Assembly (NCBI GenBank): GCA_000165425.1 | Contig: CT868052.1 | Span: 1 to 64,000, forward strand | From: Paramecium tetraurelia | Lineage: Eukaryota | Length of the DNA: 64,000 bases | Direction: 5' to 3' | Part shown: positions 59,604-64,000 of the stretch, in pieces | Layout of the letters: each line of letters begins with the position of its first letter | Position numbering within the stretch: position 1 is the stretch's first letter | Position numbers and translations under genes: made by a program | Notes under the pieces: generated by a model | The model's database searches: none | Seen by the model: only the letters and a program-made list of their open reading frames with translations | What the model was told of the DNA's origin: nothing

Positions 59604-62059
59604 ATGGATAAATACTAAATATCCTCGACAGGAAGATTTATGTATGAAAAACATGAGCAAAATTTCAGACTGTCTAAATTCAGTGGTCTCTATTTATATC
59701 CGGCGATAATAATTATGATGATAATATTTTATTGTAATTATGTCACTATTGGCTGTGTTATTATAGCTACATATTTTTATTATAGAAACAAGCATAAATG
59801 GAGATTCTTAATCTAAGCAATATTATACCTAGCTTAGTTAGTTCAATTGAACAATAATTGCATTTATTAGCACATCTATACTTGTATCACTAATTTGGTT
59901 CTAGTGCCTTATTGGCCTATGCAAGTGCTATTTTAAATTGGAATCATTAGATAGTTGAATCAGATTTACATACTTTGCTTTTTTATCGCCCTTATGAGAG
60001 CAATAGAAATCTTAAAGAGATTTCTTTATTCTAAAATCTGTAATATCAACTCCCATTAATATGAATAGGATAGCATTCTGCTTAACTTGCCTCATCATAT
60101 TCTGTACTTCGATGAGAATTTCAACGAATTATTTACAAATAAGTCAATAAAATTCACTCCAGAATCCTAAGAAATATTAAGCAATTATATGAAAAGGAAA
60201 TTCTATGGTATAATTTAATTGGAGAATTAAGAGAAGGAATTGACAGATTACTACATTAAGCCTTGGTAAGGAAATTTTATTCTAATTTAATCGCACTTCT
60301 AAAGTGAAGAAAATGCTTTTTATGAATAAATGTACGAATAGATAAATAAGTTGTATGTGCAATTAAATTAAGATTATACAAAATGGAACAATCTGAGGGC
60401 CTTTAGAATGATTAAAGAGTCTGACTTAAGTGTTTTGGGATATTGCTTATCAGAATGTTTGCACTTAGAACATTAAGTCAGATCCACAATGAAAAACCTA
60501 TAGCCTGAAATTTGTTAGTTTTACCTCAAGGTTTCCATATGCAATATAATAGAATCAATGGTGTTGAAATTGTATGAGCATTTTAATATTATCAATTTAA
60601 ACTTTGAGAGTGGAATTCCAGAAATAGTGGCAGGAGATAAGAAACTATTATTATTCATAATATAGACACTTCTAACATCTACTTAATTTTGTGATAAATA
60701 GAAAGGTTAATTATCTATTAAATGTATCATTTAGTAAATCAATTCAGAAAAATCAGGATATGATCTTGAATTAACTTTTAATTTCACGTGTACACCCTCT
60801 GTAATTAAATTGTATTCATAAGTCTTTGGAGTTAATGAGAATAAATTGACTCCTAATGAAGAGTGGCTTATACATTGTTTAAAGAAATGCAAATAATTGA
60901 TGAAGCAAAATTAGAATGAGTTTAATTTCTAAACTGATGGTGATAATGTGATAATAACATTTACCTTCTTGAGTTTGATATCCAGTAATAAACTAGAACA
61001 AATTTCCCAATTCACTGACCTCACATTTACTAGAAGTGTATTGGATGATTGTCATTATTAATGGAAGGAAAAAATACAAATTCTTCCCACAAAATTCATT
61101 TTAGATTCAAAATCTAGAAAGAGTCTACCTGCAACTAAAAAATAACAGACAACACCTTTTTCCAAAGTGTCCATAAATTTTCCAGAAATCAGGGATGAAG
61201 TAGTTTTTATTTTAGAAACTGCTCTACAAGATGCTAAAGAAAAAGGTCTCTTAGATTAATTTCATTTTGATTATTAAGATAATAATTTCAAATGCGCTGT
61301 CAGTGTAAATATTTGAATACATACATTTAGGAATATGCAGATAGCATAGCTAATTCACCTCCCTCTTTCATAACACCTCAAGTTCAGAGGAGGAAATTGT
61401 AAGATTTGGCAAAAGAGAAATTCAAAAATCTTTTGAAAGAAGCTCTAAAACCTAAAAAAAAGAAGAGACTCTCTAAAAGAGACTGCAAAGTAGTATTTCC
61501 AAGAAAAAATGATACAACTTGTGATCTTCAATGTGGACCGTGCAAAGTTAATTTCCATAACTCAATCTTGAACAACAGAAGCAATAGGGCTTTTATCAAA
61601 TGGTCACATAGATGCAATATATCTTAACCTCCAAAGACAGTGCATGAAATCCTATGTTACATTCCAGAAATTAAATTATCAAAAGACTTAATCAAGAATT
61701 TTGGAAACTCATCATATGATAAAATCGAAATAAAAGAACCAATTATTGTATTGGATATAGCTGATCTAATAAGAATTTATAAATAGTATTTATAATAAGG
61801 TAAACAATTCTATTACATTATGTTGTTTGTCAAAAAGCCTTAAGAAATTGCTGACTTTGCTGATATTGTAAAAAAGAATGAACAGGATTTAGTTTAATAA
61901 TATCCAAAATATTAATAGACTTATTTAATAGGAATTACTGAATAATCATTAAAACCATCTCTCTATGCGTACTTGAAATATATCATTCCATTTGGATAAT
62001 GGAGCATCGATATCAAATAAATTAAATTATATATAGCCAAGTAAAGAGAAATTAATTGA
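59604..62059 (+). CDS. Multi-TM, degenerate hybrid histidine kinase/receiver-like protein
   Basis: N-terminal hydrophobic helices; PAS-like ILLNLPHHILYFDENFNELFTN; HATPase_c-like IPEIVAGDKKLLLFIIQTLL..QFCDKQKGQLSIKC; receiver-like FYYIMLFVKKP ... TYLIGIT at the C-terminus. The gene model is solid; the domain calls are inference. Confidence 0.6.
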
Positions 62060-62089
62060 TTAAATTAATATCATTAAGAGATTTTCAAT

Positions 62090-64000
62090 CAATCATATTT
62101 ATATACTTGTTTGGCTAACATATAATAGATTAGCCTAATTAACTTAAATTAATATAAAAATCTTAATTTATGTTAAAGAGTAAATATACATATATATCTG
62201 AAATCTAATATAATATCATATTTTTCTATGTTATTTGATTAATGATTAAATATCTTCTAAGACTTTTAACTTTTATTAATTTTATTATTCTTCTTATTTT
62301 TATTATTAAACTTACACTTGCTATGTTTAAGTATCATAAATCTTAAATTTATCTTCTAACTTTAAAATTAAAATATGATTACATTTTTAATAGTTTATCT
62401 AAGTACATCTGTTTATTACTTATACTTCAAAGACTTCTACACCTAATTTTCAACCTCTAGCTCTGATTACTTTAATTTAGACTTTAAGTCCTATTCTTTT
62501 TACTTAGAATCTTTTAATTCATCCTTAGCGGATTGAAGTTATTCGAATAATATGTCAATTTTTTATTCGATTTCATCCATTTATTTTTCCTTTTATTACT
62601 TTTCCTCTTAAAACTCAAATTCTAAATTTTTAGAATAATTTTGAAGCTAATTCACAGAGTCAGAAAGGTTTTAGTTTTCTCCAGTTAGCTAAAATTTAAT
62701 TAATTATTTATACCTAGTGAATAATGGTTCTCTGTTATGATACCTTCTATTCAAGATCCACAATTAACTCTTTTTAATTAAAATTAGTTTGCTTCTACTC
62801 TGATATTTCCAAGAGCAGTTAATTAATTTTCTATTCATTAAGATTTAATTTTTAATGACTCTAATCATTAATGGACTTTAATTCCTATGAAATTTAAGAT
62901 AATTTCTTTAATTCATGTTCCTGAATTTAACATTTTTTATCTGAAATATCTAATTGTCTTTAAAGATCAGAATTCTTATTTTATAATTATTCTACTTTTT
63001 ATCTTTATTCATTAATTTTTTATTTTTTTTTCTCAAAAAGATCTTTATTTTAATTATTAATTTTAATAATTTCTTATTCAAAATTGATAGCCAGATTTTA
63101 TTGATTTTATTAGAGTTTACTTAAATAAGATTAAGACTCTTCAAATTTGCTTTAATATTGTTATGTTTAATCTTTTTAAGATTGTAATAATTTAGATAAG
63201 TACTCTATTTACTTTTAATTATCTTCATCCCTAAATCTAATATCTTATACTAGTTAATCAAAGTATCTGATTTATTCATCCTTTTATACTGACTCATTCT
63301 TTAACTCCCTAATTTCATCTTCCAGATCTCTGTTTTGTTCTGCTTAATTGTTGCTATTCAATAACACTCAAATGTACATTTCAGCTGAAAACTCTTCACA
63401 CAATTTTTGTACTCGTTCTAATTCTTTACCAAAATTTAGACTCTATTCATCATATTATTTTTCCTACTATTTAATCTACTTTTTCAATAATTAAATTTTA
63501 TCCTTTTTTGATTATAGTTATTAACGGGAAGCATGAAGCTATTATTTTATTTCTTCAATTATTTTGTCTTGACTTTCGCACTTTAATCGCATATCCTTAT
63601 GATTGTTATCAGCCTTTGCTAAACTATCTTGAAGAGATTTTAATTCAAATTCTAATTATTTAATATGTCTCTCTCTCTAATTTAACTTTCCCTCTAATTC
63701 CTTATTTGCTTATATATAATCCTTTAAAGTCATCTAATTTTCAATTTAAAAAGAATACTTTCAATTCTTTATTAAGTATCAATAGTCTTTCTTATTTTTC
63801 TTTATCCTAATTCTCCTTTGCATTTAAGGTTTCTCTAAGTCTGCTAATTTGTTCAATTGAATGATTTTTTTTTTCTCTAGAAGAACTTTCTCTATTATCT
63901 TTTAGGAATGCAAGTATTACTCATCATTAATATTTGCCTTGCTTTATCTTGACCTAGTATGATAAACCATGATTGGAGGAGAATTTTGTGACTCTGGTTA
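62090..64000 (-). CDS. Large coiled-coil protein, 5' part outside the window (3' end approximate)
   Basis: Long Q/E/K/L-rich heptad-like frame (ELEGKLNQRERHIKQLEFELKSLQDSLAKA...) with many TAA/TAG Gln codons and tiny introns. Confidence 0.75.

Overview
This is eukaryotic, very AT-rich, gene-dense DNA from a ciliate, almost certainly Paramecium (macronuclear-type sequence; species not determinable by eye). TAA and TAG encode Gln ([17 protein letters not shown] uses TAG and TAA; PI4K DDLRQE and CK1 LPWQ use TAA). The gene models end in TGA and are split by tiny GT-AG introns of about 20-30 nt, so the supplied standard-code ORF track shows only fragments. Manual translation gives about 35 gene models. 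Recognisable ones: histidine acid phosphatase, EGF-TM-RING E3 ligase, PI4K-beta, RPL17, ALDH7, a PX protein, four related PH-like/CaMK-type kinase loci (two intact, one pseudokinase, one pseudogene), a trichocyst matrix protein, CDPK, RPS20, OGDH E1, HscB, RPL7, a DUSP, a Kelch protein, epiplasmin, CK1, a DENN protein, beta-carbonic anhydrase, a CFAP97-like protein, three two-TM ciliate-family proteins, a degenerate hybrid histidine-kinase-like protein and a partial coiled-coil gene. There are two tRNAs: a UAG-decoding tRNA-Gln(CUA) and tRNA-Ser(AGA). The first ~7.4 kb is gene-poor and looks decayed. I saw no CRISPR array, transposase, telomeric array or retained IES, and I did not find a clearly new multi-gene system. 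The best leads are the EGF-TM-RING ligase, the pseudo-HK, the pseudokinase and single-base frameshifts in ALDH7 and the PX gene. CDS coordinates span introns and were derived by hand.
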